The notes: generated by a model from the letters alone, not told the origin. A stretch of 59,907 nucleotides of DNA from Candidatus Hydrogenedentota bacterium (GCA_029974275.1 JARKSN010000246.1:1-59907); one strand, 5' to 3'. Shown: positions 48,381-59,134, numbered from the stretch's first letter. Translations and numbers: made by a program.

Positions 48381-48881
48381 CTATCCCTGCGCCGGCTGGC
48401 GTCCCCCCAGCTGCGCATCCATCATGAACAATCCCTGAGGACTGTCGCCAATCATCTTCAACTTATGAATGATGTCGAGCGCCGTGGATTCTTCCTCCAC
48501 TTGCTCCGTCACGAACCACTGCAACATCGCTTCCGTGGCGTAGTCCGATTCCTTCCGCGCAAGCTCCACCAACTTGTAGATGCGCTTGGTGACCTTCTGC
48601 TCATGCCCCAGCGCACTCTCGAAAACCGCCAACGGCGAAGCCCACGTCGCCGGCGGCTTGTCGATGGAGTCGAGCGCAACCCGCGCCCCCGCCTGCGTCA
48701 TATACGCAAAAAACTTCATCGCATGCCCCACTTCCTCCTGCGCCTGCACCCGCATCCACCCCGCGCAACCCGGCAAATTCTTGTCCTCGAAATATGCGGA
48801 CATCGAAGCGTATATGTATGCCGAGTAAAGTTCATAGTTGATCTGCTCGTTGATCGCCTTTTCCATCGCTTTGCTGATCAT
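48381..48881 (-). CDS. ftnA: Non-heme ferritin
   Basis: AINEQINYELYSAY, QAQEEVGHAMKF, HEQKVT and LQWFVTEQVEEE. ATG at 48881 with AAAGGAG RBS. Confidence 0.92.
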   Translation of the reverse strand: MISKAMEKAINEQINYELYSAYIYASMSAYFEDKNLPGCAGWMRVQAQEEVGHAMKFFAYMTQAGARVALDSIDKPPATWASPLAVFESALGHEQKVTKRIYKLVELARKESDYATEAMLQWFVTEQVEEESTALDIIHKLKMIGDSPQGLFMMDAQLGGRQPAQG

Positions 48882-49009
48882 GGCCCTCTCCTTTGCTAAT
48901 GCCACATGACTGGCCGGGGACGAACAATCCTCCCCGGAAACGCCGCTTTTACACTTTCCCACAAAGACCCGCTTGATGCAACCCCAAACGCCGCCGCGAA
49001 ATTCCTGGG

Positions 49010-50608
49010 TCACCCGACCGTCTCCAAATCCTCCAGCCGACGCAACGCATTCTTGTCTATCTTGGCGGTCGGCAACATCGGAAACGCATCCCGAACGACA
49101 AACCGCTTGGGCACCTTATAATTGGCCAAATGGCGACTGCAGTGAACGCGAAGCGCTTCGCCATCCAGCGCCATCCCCGGCCGCAACGCCACGAACGCCC
49201 GCCCCGCCTCCCCATACAACGGGTCTGGAACCCCAATCACCGCCGCCGCCGCAACAGCCGGATGCCGCTCCAACACCTCCTCCACCTCCCGCGGATACAC
49301 ATTCTCGCCGCCCGTCTTGAACATCTCCGACCGGCGCCCAACCAGCCGCACATACCCACGCTCATCCAGCCAGCCAAGATCCTCCGTCCGGTACCATCCC
49401 CCCTCCGCAAACCGCGCCGCCGTAAGCTCGGGCATATTCAAATATTCCTTGAATAACATCGGCCCCCGCAGCCACACCTCCCCCACCTCGCCGCGCGCGG
49501 CATCCTCCCCTCCCTCGCCAACCACCCGCAGTTGATACCCCGGCGCCGCAACGCCGGCAGTCCGCGTCAACGTCTCCACGTCATCCCCCGGACGTGTATA
49601 CGCAATGAGCCCCCCGCCCTCCGTCGAACCATACGCCGCCGTCAAACGCCCCACATCCCCCCCCGCACACTCCAACAGCGCCGCCGCCAACAAATCCGAA
49701 GCATTGGCCCCCGACCATACAAACCGGCGCACACGCGAAAAATCCGTCGTGGAAAACCTTGGACACGCCATCTGCATCAAATACATCGTAGGCACTTGCC
49801 CCATCACCGTGATCCCCTCGCGCTCGATAAGCTCCAGCGAAGCCGCCGCATCAAAATGCGGCATATGAAACACCGTCCCCCCCGCATACAACGCCGAAAC
49901 CCCAATCTCGACAACAGAAGCCACGTGATTGATAGGAAAATGAACCAGCATGCGCGTGTCCTCGTCAAGACCCAACACCGCCGCCTCAACCGAAGCGCTC
50001 GCCAGCACGCTGGCATGCGTATGCACCACCCCCTTGGGACGTCCCGTCGAACCCGACGTATACATCAATAACGCCGGGGTCTCCGGCCGAACGCACGCGG
50101 CGCGACGCGCAAGCTCCCCCTCGCACAAAGGCCGCGAACGAAAAACAAACTCGCGAAACGAGTCCGCGCCCTTTACCGCGCCATCCAACGCCAACACCTT
50201 GCGGACCGACCGCGTCTGCGCCGCCACATCGCGAACCGCACCGTCAAGGTCCCTGCCTTGATATTCCCCCAACGCAAGGATGACTTCCGGCGAACAATCC
50301 GACGCGATCTGCGCGATCTCATCCCGCGTAAACTTAGGCGACAACCCTACCCACTTCGCCCCCACCTTGCCCGCCGCAAAAAACGCCGGCAAAAATTCAT
50401 TGCGCGCCGAAGACAACATCGCCACACATCCCCCCGCCGGCACGCCAATCTCCAAATACGCCTTGGCAATCGCATCAACCCAATCCCGAAACCGCCCCCA
50501 CGACAGACGCTCCCCCCCCGCAACCAACGCCTCCGCCTCCGGACGACGCTCAGCCCAATGATCCACTATCTGCCACAAACGATCGCTCGAACAACAACCC
50601 AACGCCAC
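49010..50608 (-). CDS. AMP-dependent acyl-CoA synthetase/ligase
   Basis: [33 protein letters not shown] and NYKVPK. Confidence 0.9.
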   Translation of the reverse strand: MALGCCSSDRLWQIVDHWAERRPEAEALVAGGERLSWGRFRDWVDAIAKAYLEIGVPAGGCVAMLSSARNEFLPAFFAAGKVGAKWVGLSPKFTRDEIAQIASDCSPEVILALGEYQGRDLDGAVRDVAAQTRSVRKVLALDGAVKGADSFREFVFRSRPLCEGELARRAACVRPETPALLMYTSGSTGRPKGVVHTHASVLASASVEAAVLGLDEDTRMLVHFPINHVASVVEIGVSALYAGGTVFHMPHFDAAASLELIEREGITVMGQVPTMYLMQMACPRFSTTDFSRVRRFVWSGANASDLLAAALLECAGGDVGRLTAAYGSTEGGGLIAYTRPGDDVETLTRTAGVAAPGYQLRVVGEGGEDAARGEVGEVWLRGPMLFKEYLNMPELTAARFAEGGWYRTEDLGWLDERGYVRLVGRRSEMFKTGGENVYPREVEEVLERHPAVAAAAVIGVPDPLYGEAGRAFVALRPGMALDGEALRVHCSRHLANYKVPKRFVVRDAFPMLPTAKIDKNALRRLEDLETVG

Positions 50609-50918
50609 GTTTCCCCTCCTTCAGCGCATGACACAACAGCGCAGCCCCTCCCCTCACGCGCCCCCGCCAGCACGCCTACAGTATACCCCGCCTACCCCTT
50701 TCCCCCAACCCCTGCCCGCCCTTCCCCACGCACGACGAAAACCGCCACGCCCCAAACCCAGGAATAAACAAAACCTCCAAATCGTTTCGCCCTCTGAACC
50801 GGAACACGGGGGCGAAAAAACGGCGACCCGCGCGTTTTTCCGATCGACTCGCCTGCAAGGCGCGCCGCCCGCGCCTCAAGGCAACAAGAACCGCAAGGCA
50901 AACGAAGGAGATGTGCCC

Positions 50919-51515
50919 ATGTCAACCACGCTTGTAACCCAGCCCGCGCCCGAATTCAAGGCGCAAGTCGTATTGCCCGACAACACCATCGCCGAAAAAA
51001 CCCTGTCCGACCTGCGCGGCGGAAAATACGCGGTCCTTTTCTTCTACCCGCTTGATTTCACCTTCGTGTGCCCCTCCGAAATCATCGCGTTCGACAAAAA
51101 ACTCGCCGACTTCAAAAAACGCAACTGCGAAGTCATCGGCGTATCCGTCGACTCCCAGTTCACCCACTTCGCATGGAAACAAACCCCGCCCGAAAAAGGC
51201 GGCATCGGCAACATCCAATACCCGCTCGTGGCCGACCTCACCAAACAAATCGCCCGCGACTACGGCGTGCTGCTCGAATCCGCCGGCGTCGCCCTACGCG
51301 GCCTGTTCCTCATCGACAAAACCGGCCACATCCGCCACGCCCTTATCAACGACCTGCCCCTCGGCCGCAACATCGAAGACGCCCTCCGCGTCCTCGACGC
51401 CCTGCAATACACCGAAAAACACGGCGAAGTCTGCCCCGCCAACTGGAAACAAGGCCAAGACGGCATGAAGCCCACCGCCGACGGCGTCGCCACCTACCTC
51501 GCCAAGCACAAGTAG
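50919..51515 (+). CDS. ahpC: 2-Cys peroxiredoxin
   Basis: [14 protein letters not shown] and [11 protein letters not shown] at 50919 with AAGGAG RBS. Confidence 0.95.
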   Translation: MSTTLVTQPAPEFKAQVVLPDNTIAEKTLSDLRGGKYAVLFFYPLDFTFVCPSEIIAFDKKLADFKKRNCEVIGVSVDSQFTHFAWKQTPPEKGGIGNIQYPLVADLTKQIARDYGVLLESAGVALRGLFLIDKTGHIRHALINDLPLGRNIEDALRVLDALQYTEKHGEVCPANWKQGQDGMKPTADGVATYLAKHK

Positions 51516-51533
51516 AACGCCACACCCAACATG

Positions 51534-51574
51534 AACAAGGGCGGTCGCCATTCAAGACGACCGCCCTTGCTGTT
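51534..51574. terminator. Hairpin terminator between convergent ahpC and murJ
   Basis: Perfect 12-bp stem CAAGGGCGGTCG (51536-51547) / CGACCGCCCTTG (51558-51569). Confidence 0.75.
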
Positions 51575-51615
51575 ATCCTCACAAAGAACCCGTTTCCGAT
51601 CTTGCCGCTTGCCGG

Positions 51616-53229
51616 CTACTTTCCCCTCCTCGCCATCTGCCACACCGCATCAAGCTCTCCAATCCCCATTGCCTTGCTTATCGCCCCATAGACCGCCGCA
51701 GCCGTCGCGATGGGCAAAGCAACGCCCGCCAGCCGCATCAAGACCGTATCCTGCGGCCACCAGATGTGCACGCGGACGTACACGCCATACGCCACGCACG
51801 CCATGATAATCGCCGCAAAAGTCATCTTCCCCAATCCTTCGAGAAAATTCCGATCCCACAAGCGCCCAATGCGACTGCACAACATCAGGTACAGCAACGC
51901 GAAGTTGACCGTGAAAGAAATCGTCGTCGCCAAGGCCAAACCACGAAAACCCATCGGCTTGATGAGCGCAGCATTGAGCAAGACATTGAGCAGAATACTC
52001 GCCGTCGCGATCTTCACGGGCGTCTTGGTGTCCAGCAACGCATAGAACCCGCCAACCGTCACCTTCACCCACGCAAACGCCAACAAGCCCGTCGAAAAAT
52101 AAGCCAGGGCCGCCGCTGCATCAAGCGTGGTCTGGGCATTCGTGCGCACGCCATACTCGAACAACAGCCGCATAATCGGCTCGCGCAACGCGATAAGCCC
52201 CAGCATGGACGGCGCGATCAAGAAAAAACTGAATCGCAGGCCCTGCATCAACGTCGCACGCATCTCGTCGTGCGCCCCGCGAGCGCCCGCCCGCGAAATC
52301 CGCGGCAGAATCGCCGCCGAAACAGCCATGCCAAACATGGCCAACGGAAGCTGCGTCAGGCGATTGCCAAGATACAACGCATTCACCGCGCCAGGCCCCA
52401 GCGAATTGGCGAACATCAGATCGATCAACTTGTTCACCTCATTGGCCGACTGGCCAATGAGAACGGGAACTAGCAGCAGATAGATGCGCCGCATATCGGG
52501 ATGATTATAGCGAAAAATAGGCATCCACACGCCCGTATGCTTGCCCATGGCGATCCAGTTGATGACGACATGCGAAATGCCGCCGACCCACACGCCCAGC
52601 GCCAGCGCATACGCGGGATCGGGAAACCTCTTCAAAATGAACGGCATGCTCGCAAGGATGAGCGCAACGTTGAGCAACGACGGCGTCCATGACGGCGTCG
52701 CATAATGCCGGACTGCGAACAACGGGCCCATCATGAAAACCGCCACGCCGATAAAAAACAGATACGGGAAAGTCCACCGCGCCACCGACGTGGTGAGCGC
52801 CACATACGCGGGGTCCAGCTTCTTCGCCCCCGTGAGCCACATGAGCTGGTCCGCCCCCGCCAACGGAAGATGCACAAACGCCACGCCCAACGCCGTCATC
52901 GCGGCAAGCACAACCAACATGTTGCCCAGCGCAACGCCCACCAATTCGCGAAACGCCGCATCATCGCGCTTCTCTTGCGTCTCGGAAAAAACAGGAATAA
53001 ACGCCGCATTTGCAGCGCCCTCGCCAATCAACTCGCGAAACATATTCGGAAGGCGAAACGCAATGTTGAAGGCCCCGAAAGAAGCCTCCGGAATCTGCGT
53101 CGCGTTGACGATATCCCGTGCCATGCCAAGCACGCGACTCAGCAGCGTGCCCATCGCAAAAACCGCCGCATTCCGCGAGAAATGCGCCTGTTTCGCCTCC
53201 TTCTTACTCACGACGCGCGCCTCGGACAT
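51616..53229 (-). CDS. murJ: Lipid II flippase MurJ (MviN)
   Basis: LLSRVLGMARD, AFRLPNMFRELIGEGA..AAFIP, RLTQLP and FYALLDTKTP; many TM helices. Confidence 0.94.
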   Translation of the reverse strand: MSEARVVSKKEAKQAHFSRNAAVFAMGTLLSRVLGMARDIVNATQIPEASFGAFNIAFRLPNMFRELIGEGAANAAFIPVFSETQEKRDDAAFRELVGVALGNMLVVLAAMTALGVAFVHLPLAGADQLMWLTGAKKLDPAYVALTTSVARWTFPYLFFIGVAVFMMGPLFAVRHYATPSWTPSLLNVALILASMPFILKRFPDPAYALALGVWVGGISHVVINWIAMGKHTGVWMPIFRYNHPDMRRIYLLLVPVLIGQSANEVNKLIDLMFANSLGPGAVNALYLGNRLTQLPLAMFGMAVSAAILPRISRAGARGAHDEMRATLMQGLRFSFFLIAPSMLGLIALREPIMRLLFEYGVRTNAQTTLDAAAALAYFSTGLLAFAWVKVTVGGFYALLDTKTPVKIATASILLNVLLNAALIKPMGFRGLALATTISFTVNFALLYLMLCSRIGRLWDRNFLEGLGKMTFAAIIMACVAYGVYVRVHIWWPQDTVLMRLAGVALPIATAAAVYGAISKAMGIGELDAVWQMARRGK

Positions 53230-54737
53230 ACAGCGATTCCGATAAACATGAACGTAAGCGCCAACGCAATCCACGGAAAGAACACAGGGCCGCCGGGCAG
53301 CGGGCTTTGCGCCGCCTTGGGCAACGGCAGCGCGCCTGCCAGGCGGTTGCCTTCCTGTATCAGTCGCCCTTCCTTCGCACAGGCAAGCGGAGTAAGAACG
53401 CCATAGGGATCGATTATCCCGGTGACCCCGGTATTGCTCACATGCACCATCGGCAGGCGCGTCTCGACGCAGCGCAAGCGCGCAATCTCAATCTCCTCCG
53501 GAATCGCGTTGCTCGCCCCAAACCATGCCAGATTAGTGATGACCACGAGAAAATCGGCGCCATCCCGCCGCAGGCGTTCGGCCATCTCGGGGAAAAGCGT
53601 CTCAAAACAGATGAGCGGTCCGAATCGCCGCTTGCCCACATCGAAGAGGCGCGCCTCGGCGCCGGGCTCGACCTCCCCGATCGACGGGACCACCTTGGAT
53701 ACAAACGGAAGCAGCCTGCCCAAAGGCACATACTCGCCAAAAGGAGCCAAGTGAATCTTGTCGTAATGCCCCGCAACCCTTCCCGAGGCATCCAACAACA
53801 CGCCGGCATTACGTTCGTTGCCGGTTTCGTCATCTTCGCGAAAGACCCCGGTGAACAACGGCGTGTTTGTGCACGCAGCCATCGCCTGAAGACGGGCGAA
53901 TATCTCCGGATCGCCGATATCGCGCATGACAAGCGCCTCCGGCCAGACAAAGAGGTCCTGCCGCCCCCCCGTCGCCAACGCCTCCGAATACGTCGCGGCC
54001 CGATCGACCATCTCGAAGGTATACGCCGGATCCCATTTCATTTCGAGCGGATAGGCCGATTGATACATGCCCACTTGGAAAGGATCCGGATCATATTGGG
54101 GCGCATCAAGCAAAAGATACTGACCGCCCAGATGGGTCAACCCTAGAATAACCGCGATCGCCGAACCGCGGATCGCGCCGACCAAGCCGCCAGGAAATTC
54201 CACAACAGCGGCTGCAACAAGGGCATTCACAAGGACAACCACAAACGCGATAAGCCCCGTCCCTCCCACAGACGCAAGTTGCAGCAACGGCAGGTCATTC
54301 GCCTGCGAATAGGCCAACGCCCCCCAGCCAAACCCCGTAAACAGACGGGCCTGCAGCCACTCCATGCTTACCCACACGACCGCCAGCGCAAACGACTGCG
54401 GAAGCCAGACGCATCGCCCCCGCATCCACGCCCACAACGCGCCGCACCCCGCCCAATATCCAGCCATCAACGCACAGAGCGCAAGATACCCCCAGATGGC
54501 CCAACCGCCCGCCCAATAAACGTTTGAAAGCAGCCATTGCAAGAGAAGAAGATAGAACACACCCCCCGCCAAAAAGAACTGCCGGGCCGACTCGGCCGGA
54601 CCGCAACGCAACGTCCTTGCCAACAACGGAACCAACGCGATCCAGACCAACCCATACAAATGATACGTCGGAAAACAAACGGCAAGCGCCGCCCCCGATA
54701 TCAGAGCGGCGCCATGTCGGCGAATGCACACATGCAT
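53208..54737 (-). CDS. lnt: Apolipoprotein N-acyltransferase
   Basis: FTGFGW, VWPE, YDKIHLAPFGEYVP, ICFE and TNLAWFG. ATG at 54737. Confidence 0.93.
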   Translation of the reverse strand: MHVCIRRHGAALISGAALAVCFPTYHLYGLVWIALVPLLARTLRCGPAESARQFFLAGGVFYLLLLQWLLSNVYWAGGWAIWGYLALCALMAGYWAGCGALWAWMRGRCVWLPQSFALAVVWVSMEWLQARLFTGFGWGALAYSQANDLPLLQLASVGGTGLIAFVVVLVNALVAAAVVEFPGGLVGAIRGSAIAVILGLTHLGGQYLLLDAPQYDPDPFQVGMYQSAYPLEMKWDPAYTFEMVDRAATYSEALATGGRQDLFVWPEALVMRDIGDPEIFARLQAMAACTNTPLFTGVFREDDETGNERNAGVLLDASGRVAGHYDKIHLAPFGEYVPLGRLLPFVSKVVPSIGEVEPGAEARLFDVGKRRFGPLICFETLFPEMAERLRRDGADFLVVITNLAWFGASNAIPEEIEIARLRCVETRLPMVHVSNTGVTGIIDPYGVLTPLACAKEGRLIQEGNRLAGALPLPKAAQSPLPGGPVFFPWIALALTFMFIGIAVCPRRAS

Positions 54738-54760
54738 GCTCCCCACATTCCCCCGTCGGG

Positions 54761-55843
54761 TCACCCCCCGCTTTGCATGATTTGGATTTCCTTCCTGAAA
54801 CCCTCGGTATGCTTCCACCCTTCGCTCTGCCAGAAATTCAATGCGTTGTTCGCCTCGGAATCAAGATTCCGGAGATCCACCACCGTCGGCGAAATAAACA
54901 CCAACAAATGACTCTTGGTCGGCTCTGTCCGGCGCGAACGGAACGGAATGCCCACCAGCGGAATCGCGCCCAACAACGGAACACGGTTCTCCGTACGGTT
55001 CACCACGCTGCTGGTCAATCCTCCTATCACAAGCGTCTGGCCGCTCGGCACCACCACAAGACCCGACTGCGATCGCGTCGAAAACACCGGCAAATCAATC
55101 CCACGCAGCCGCTGCACACGCGCAATATCGCTCACATCGAGCTGACCGATATTGATCTGCACCAGATTGTCCGCAATGGACTGAGCGTTCAGGCGCATCG
55201 TCACCCCCAAATCGCGCCATGCCACGTTCAACGTCGCCCGGCCGTTCGGATAACTAATGTCCTGAAACGGAAATTGCCCCCCCGCATGCACCAGCGCCTC
55301 CTGCCCATCCCGCACAAGAAGTTCGGGCTTACTGACCAAATCGGAATCCGTCTTTGTCTCGATGGAACGAAAAACGCCATCGATCGATCCATGCCGGCTA
55401 TCGACAATATCGAACGTCAGCCCAGCCCCATTCTGCGCCTGAATCCCATCCGACAACGGAGGATGCAAATCCGGACGCAACACCGTGCCGCTCGGGGGCA
55501 CATTCGGGACCCCCGTGAACGACGGATCGCTCGGATCCGTCACCGGCGCCGGCAACGTCACACGATATGAATTGCTGGTCGGACTGAATAGATTCGACGT
55601 CACCCGCCCCACCGCGCCATTCCGCGCCTCGCCGCGCACATACCGCGTATACGTGAGATTCGTGCCCAAATCGCGCAGGCCTTGCTCGCTCGTCTCGATA
55701 AACCACACCTTGATCTGCGTTTGCTTGATCGACGTCGCCAGCGCATCCCCCGCACCCGGGGCCGGCTCCTGAGCCTCCGCCACGCAACAAATGGCCGCCG
55801 CGCCGACCGCCAAGAGAACTCGCAAAACCCGCCGCCATTTCAT
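54761..55843 (-). CDS. Secretin-domain-only outer membrane protein (paralog 2)
   Basis: Signal peptide directly followed by QTQIKVWFIE; SKPELLVRDGQEA.VHAGGQFP, LGVTMRL, SGQTLVIGGL, VPLLGAIPLVGIPFR and LLVFISPTVV. Confidence 0.85.
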   Translation of the reverse strand: MKWRRVLRVLLAVGAAAICCVAEAQEPAPGAGDALATSIKQTQIKVWFIETSEQGLRDLGTNLTYTRYVRGEARNGAVGRVTSNLFSPTSNSYRVTLPAPVTDPSDPSFTGVPNVPPSGTVLRPDLHPPLSDGIQAQNGAGLTFDIVDSRHGSIDGVFRSIETKTDSDLVSKPELLVRDGQEALVHAGGQFPFQDISYPNGRATLNVAWRDLGVTMRLNAQSIADNLVQINIGQLDVSDIARVQRLRGIDLPVFSTRSQSGLVVVPSGQTLVIGGLTSSVVNRTENRVPLLGAIPLVGIPFRSRRTEPTKSHLLVFISPTVVDLRNLDSEANNALNFWQSEGWKHTEGFRKEIQIMQSGG

Positions 55844-57120
55844 TTCCTCTTCCCCCCGCCGCCCAACTCAGACTCAATCCCCTTCCCGTCGCCCGTGCGC
55901 CCAATCCCCTGCACAATCCCCTCGGGAATCGTCGAAATGCCCTCCAACACATTCGTGATGACATCCGACGGCGACGTCTTCGGCTTGCTCCCTTCCTCCT
56001 CGGCATTCTCGGTAAATCCATGCTCCGGCGCCACCGTAAACGCCGGCTTCCAAATCTCCGCCTTGATCAAAAAAACCAACTCCCGCCGCGTATTGTCCGC
56101 CTTTCGGCTTCCCACGGCGCTCGTGATCGGCGAACCGATAAAATCGCCCGGCACAACCCGCTCCACCAACCCCACAGCCAAATCCTCCGCACGCGGCAGC
56201 CACGGCATCGTCGCCACCGTCGTCTTGCGATTGTTCCGGTACATCCCCCCCAAAATCAGCACCTGCCCATTCTTCACCCACACCGTCGTATTCACGCGAC
56301 GCGTCACAAACTCCGGCACCTGAATCTGCCCCCCCGCCGCAGCATCCAACGCAACCACATACCGCTGCCCCGCCTCGTTCACCTCCGCGTCCACATTCAT
56401 CATGATGTACGTGTCATGGGTCGTGTTCCAGTCGCCATCATCATCTATCGCCTGCGGCACCGAAATCCGCAACTTCACCCCCGTCTCCCGGAACTTTGTC
56501 GTCGGCTGCACCGTAATCCCGACCACCGCCGTCTCCTCATACGGCACCTGATCCACCGTCTTGATCACCGTCGGGATCGGCGATCCCAACATCACCATGA
56601 CGCGAGGCTCCGACAAAATGCTCGCCCGATTCTCGCTCACCAGCCCCTGCAACGTTATCTCCATGTCTCCATTATTGATCTGAAGTTGATCCAGAAAAAC
56701 GCTCAGCCCCGACAACGACGGCGTCGGAAACGTCAAATCCGCCGACGTGATCGAACCGCCCCCCGCCACCACCCGGCCATACGCCCGAACCTCGTTCCGC
56801 CGCGCGAAATACGCGCTCAATCCCGTATCCACCCCGCGCGTCGTCTGGTATTCCACCACTTTCACCGAAACGTTAACCTGTTTGGGCGAACTCTCCACCG
56901 CCGGAACGACGCGCTGCTCCACAGGAGTCGGCTTCCATTGAATGGGCTGCGTCGGCTCAATCGGCGTCTGCTGCAAAAACGGCTCCGGAGGAGCCTGAGC
57001 CGCAGCCCCCACAGCCCACAATCCCGCCAGAACAAACGCCCGCCGCGCCACTGCCCTCGCCAGCGCAGACAAAAAACGTCCGATCCAACGTTCCTTATGC
57101 TCCCGTTGCCGCCTCTTCAT
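55840..57120 (-). CDS. Secretin-domain-only outer membrane protein (paralog 1)
   Basis: Signal peptide, Pro/Gln linker, PKQVNVSVKVVE, ILSEPRVMV, ETGVKLRI, NGQVLILGGM and RELVFLIKAEI. Start uncertain (57120 or 57132). Confidence 0.82.
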   Translation of the reverse strand: MKRRQREHKERWIGRFLSALARAVARRAFVLAGLWAVGAAAQAPPEPFLQQTPIEPTQPIQWKPTPVEQRVVPAVESSPKQVNVSVKVVEYQTTRGVDTGLSAYFARRNEVRAYGRVVAGGGSITSADLTFPTPSLSGLSVFLDQLQINNGDMEITLQGLVSENRASILSEPRVMVMLGSPIPTVIKTVDQVPYEETAVVGITVQPTTKFRETGVKLRISVPQAIDDDGDWNTTHDTYIMMNVDAEVNEAGQRYVVALDAAAGGQIQVPEFVTRRVNTTVWVKNGQVLILGGMYRNNRKTTVATMPWLPRAEDLAVGLVERVVPGDFIGSPITSAVGSRKADNTRRELVFLIKAEIWKPAFTVAPEHGFTENAEEEGSKPKTSPSDVITNVLEGISTIPEGIVQGIGRTGDGKGIESELGGGGKRK

Positions 57121-57172
57121 CCCCTGCCTCATGGTGACATTCCCATACGCCCTGTCCCGCCCACGCCGCGTC

Positions 57173-58159
57173 TCAACGATCAAAACTCGGCGCGCACTCA
57201 TACCGCAACACATTCTCAATATTGTCAAAATCGCCAAACCGGGCCGAAAAAGCCCGCGCCTCCCCCGCATTCAACCGCCCCAACGCAATCACCTTCGACC
57301 CATACACCGAATTGCCAAACCCGTAAATCGTCACCTCCACGCGAACCGAACGCAACGCCGCCCCGCTCCGATTCAACACGCGGCCCGAAACCACATAATA
57401 CAAATACGCATTCGTGCGCGAATCCCGACCGCTCTTGAACGAATGATCATCCACCACCGCCACCGGATTATCCTTGACGAACCGGCTCAACATCTCCGCC
57501 GGCGTCAACGGAATGTACTTCCCGTCACGCCGCCGCTCCACGCGCGATCGCACCTTCTCGTTCTGGGCATACTCCGGCTTCCGCTTCAAAAGAGCCGCAT
57601 ACGCCTTCGTCGCATTCGCATAATCCCCCTGACGCCAATACAAATCCGCCAACTCCAAGCGAAGCGACGCATCGTCCGGACTATCCCGCAGTTCCCGCCT
57701 CACCTCCCGAATACGCCGATCAAGGCCCTCCGCCGTATCAAACTTGCTCGAATATTCCTCCTTGAGACCCTCCAATTCCTCCCGCACCGCATCCGCCATT
57801 GGCCCATCAGGAGCCAACCGAAGATACTCCATCAAAACTTCCGCCGCCTCCTGATACCCATGAATCCCCCGATACGCCACGCCCAACCAATACCGAGCCT
57901 CCAACGCCGCCCGCGTGCCAGGATAGACCGTTACCGTCTGCCGCAACCGCGGAATCGCCGTCGCATAGTCCCGCGCCGCCACCAACTCGCGACTCTGCTG
58001 AACCGCCCGCTGTGCCGCCCCCTCGCGCAACGCCCCCCCCGAAGAAAGATCATCGGCCCTCAATCCACCCTGCGTCTGACAAGCGCCTGCCAACGCCACC
58101 CATCCCAACGCAAAAAGACAACGCGCCACAAGCGATGAAACACCTCTGACACGCCCCAT
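57173..58159 (-). CDS. TPR lipoprotein with C-terminal FxLYD-like Ig domain
   Basis: Probable lipobox (ALAGAC); TPRs (ARYWLGVAY, LELADLYWRQGDY); C-terminal VSGRVLNRSG...VRVEVTIYG...LNAGEARAF. Confidence 0.7.
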   Translation of the reverse strand: MGRVRGVSSLVARCLFALGWVALAGACQTQGGLRADDLSSGGALREGAAQRAVQQSRELVAARDYATAIPRLRQTVTVYPGTRAALEARYWLGVAYRGIHGYQEAAEVLMEYLRLAPDGPMADAVREELEGLKEEYSSKFDTAEGLDRRIREVRRELRDSPDDASLRLELADLYWRQGDYANATKAYAALLKRKPEYAQNEKVRSRVERRRDGKYIPLTPAEMLSRFVKDNPVAVVDDHSFKSGRDSRTNAYLYYVVSGRVLNRSGAALRSVRVEVTIYGFGNSVYGSKVIALGRLNAGEARAFSARFGDFDNIENVLRYECAPSFDR

Positions 58160-58255
58160 TACGCTTCCTCGCCCCAAATCATGCTCTCCCGCCTTTTCCA
58201 CAGCGGCCCTTCCTCTGCCAAAACTCCCCATCACCGTGCCGCGCCAACAACACCC

Positions 58256-58972
58256 CTACCCGCCCGACGCCCCAGAAACGGCGCCGGCATCGCCCGTCTT
58301 GGGCTTCTTCAACCTCCCCCAAAAACCGCGCTTTTCCTGCACGGGAGCTTTCTCGGACGTCTCCTTTTCCGTCGACGCAGACGAAACCGGCTCTTCCGTC
58401 GGAATCGACGATCCCTCCGGTCCTCCCGACGGGGCCGCCGGCGCAGGCTCCCCCGACGAAGCCGCCGGCGCAACCGAATCTTCCGGCTTCGCCGCCGCTT
58501 CCCGCATCTCGTTGCTTGCAGCCTTCTTCGCGACCGTCTTTGTCGATTTAAACGTTCTGCCTTTTCCGCGCTTCTTGTCCTGCAACTTCTCGATAACCCG
58601 CGCGGTCACATCATCCGCCTCGATAGGCGGTTGCAGACTGGCAAGATACCCCTTCGCCGCTATGAAATCGTACTCCATCTCCTGGGCCGCATCCGAAATC
58701 GCCCGAATCGCCCGATCGCTCGCCTGACTCAACAACAACCAATACTTGCCCGAACCCTGCTCCACCTTCTTCTTCTTCATATCCAAATATTCAGGAGCCG
58801 CCCGAACAATTTCGTCGAATCGAACCTCGCCCGGCTTGTCAAACCCCGCAACATTGCCCCAATACACCTTGGAAGAATCAACCTGAGCAGGAGGAACGCT
58901 GAACTGAGCCGCCCCTGCGGCCGTAGACAAACAAAAACCAAGAAGGAATGAAAACCAACGACATCGACGCAC
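58256..58972 (-). CDS. Exported OmpH/Skp-like protein lacking the long coiled-coil arms, with a low-complexity tail
   Basis: Signal peptide. KPGEVRFDEIVRAAPEY and AIRAISDAAQEMEYDFI...DDVTARVIEKL resemble the Skp N- and C-terminal body segments. Start uncertain. Confidence 0.5.
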   Translation of the reverse strand: MRRCRWFSFLLGFCLSTAAGAAQFSVPPAQVDSSKVYWGNVAGFDKPGEVRFDEIVRAAPEYLDMKKKKVEQGSGKYWLLLSQASDRAIRAISDAAQEMEYDFIAAKGYLASLQPPIEADDVTARVIEKLQDKKRGKGRTFKSTKTVAKKAASNEMREAAAKPEDSVAPAASSGEPAPAAPSGGPEGSSIPTEEPVSSASTEKETSEKAPVQEKRGFWGRLKKPKTGDAGAVSGASGG

Positions 58973-58985
58973 AACATGACAAACA

Positions 58986-59129
58986 TCAAGAACTTGCGTC
59001 ACCGATCCCGCTCGCCCCCAACCGGCGGAGCCATCTACGGATGTTCGGGTTCTCTGCACTGTGTACCGTCTCCACGCAGATAACTTCACCGGAGCCCGAG
59101 CGGGTGTCACCTTCTGACGCACTTCTCAA
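58986..59129 (-). ncRNA. Candidate rod-shaped structured RNA / 5' leader
   Basis: Nested pairings TTGAGAA/TTCTTGA, TGCGTCA/TGACGCA, CCCGCTCG/CGAGCGGG, CCGG/CCGG and ATCTGCG/CGTAGAT. G-U pairs work only on the minus strand. Begins right after a consensus promoter. Confidence 0.45.
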
Positions 59130-59134
59130 GAAAC

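Noticed and set aside
59033..59085. TPP- or SAM-I-like words (GTGC..GAGA..ACCC..GAAC; TTATC..GATGG) in the leader RNA
   Set aside because: Spacing is too short and the core motifs (CTGAGA with CCTGAT; GCAACC) are missing.
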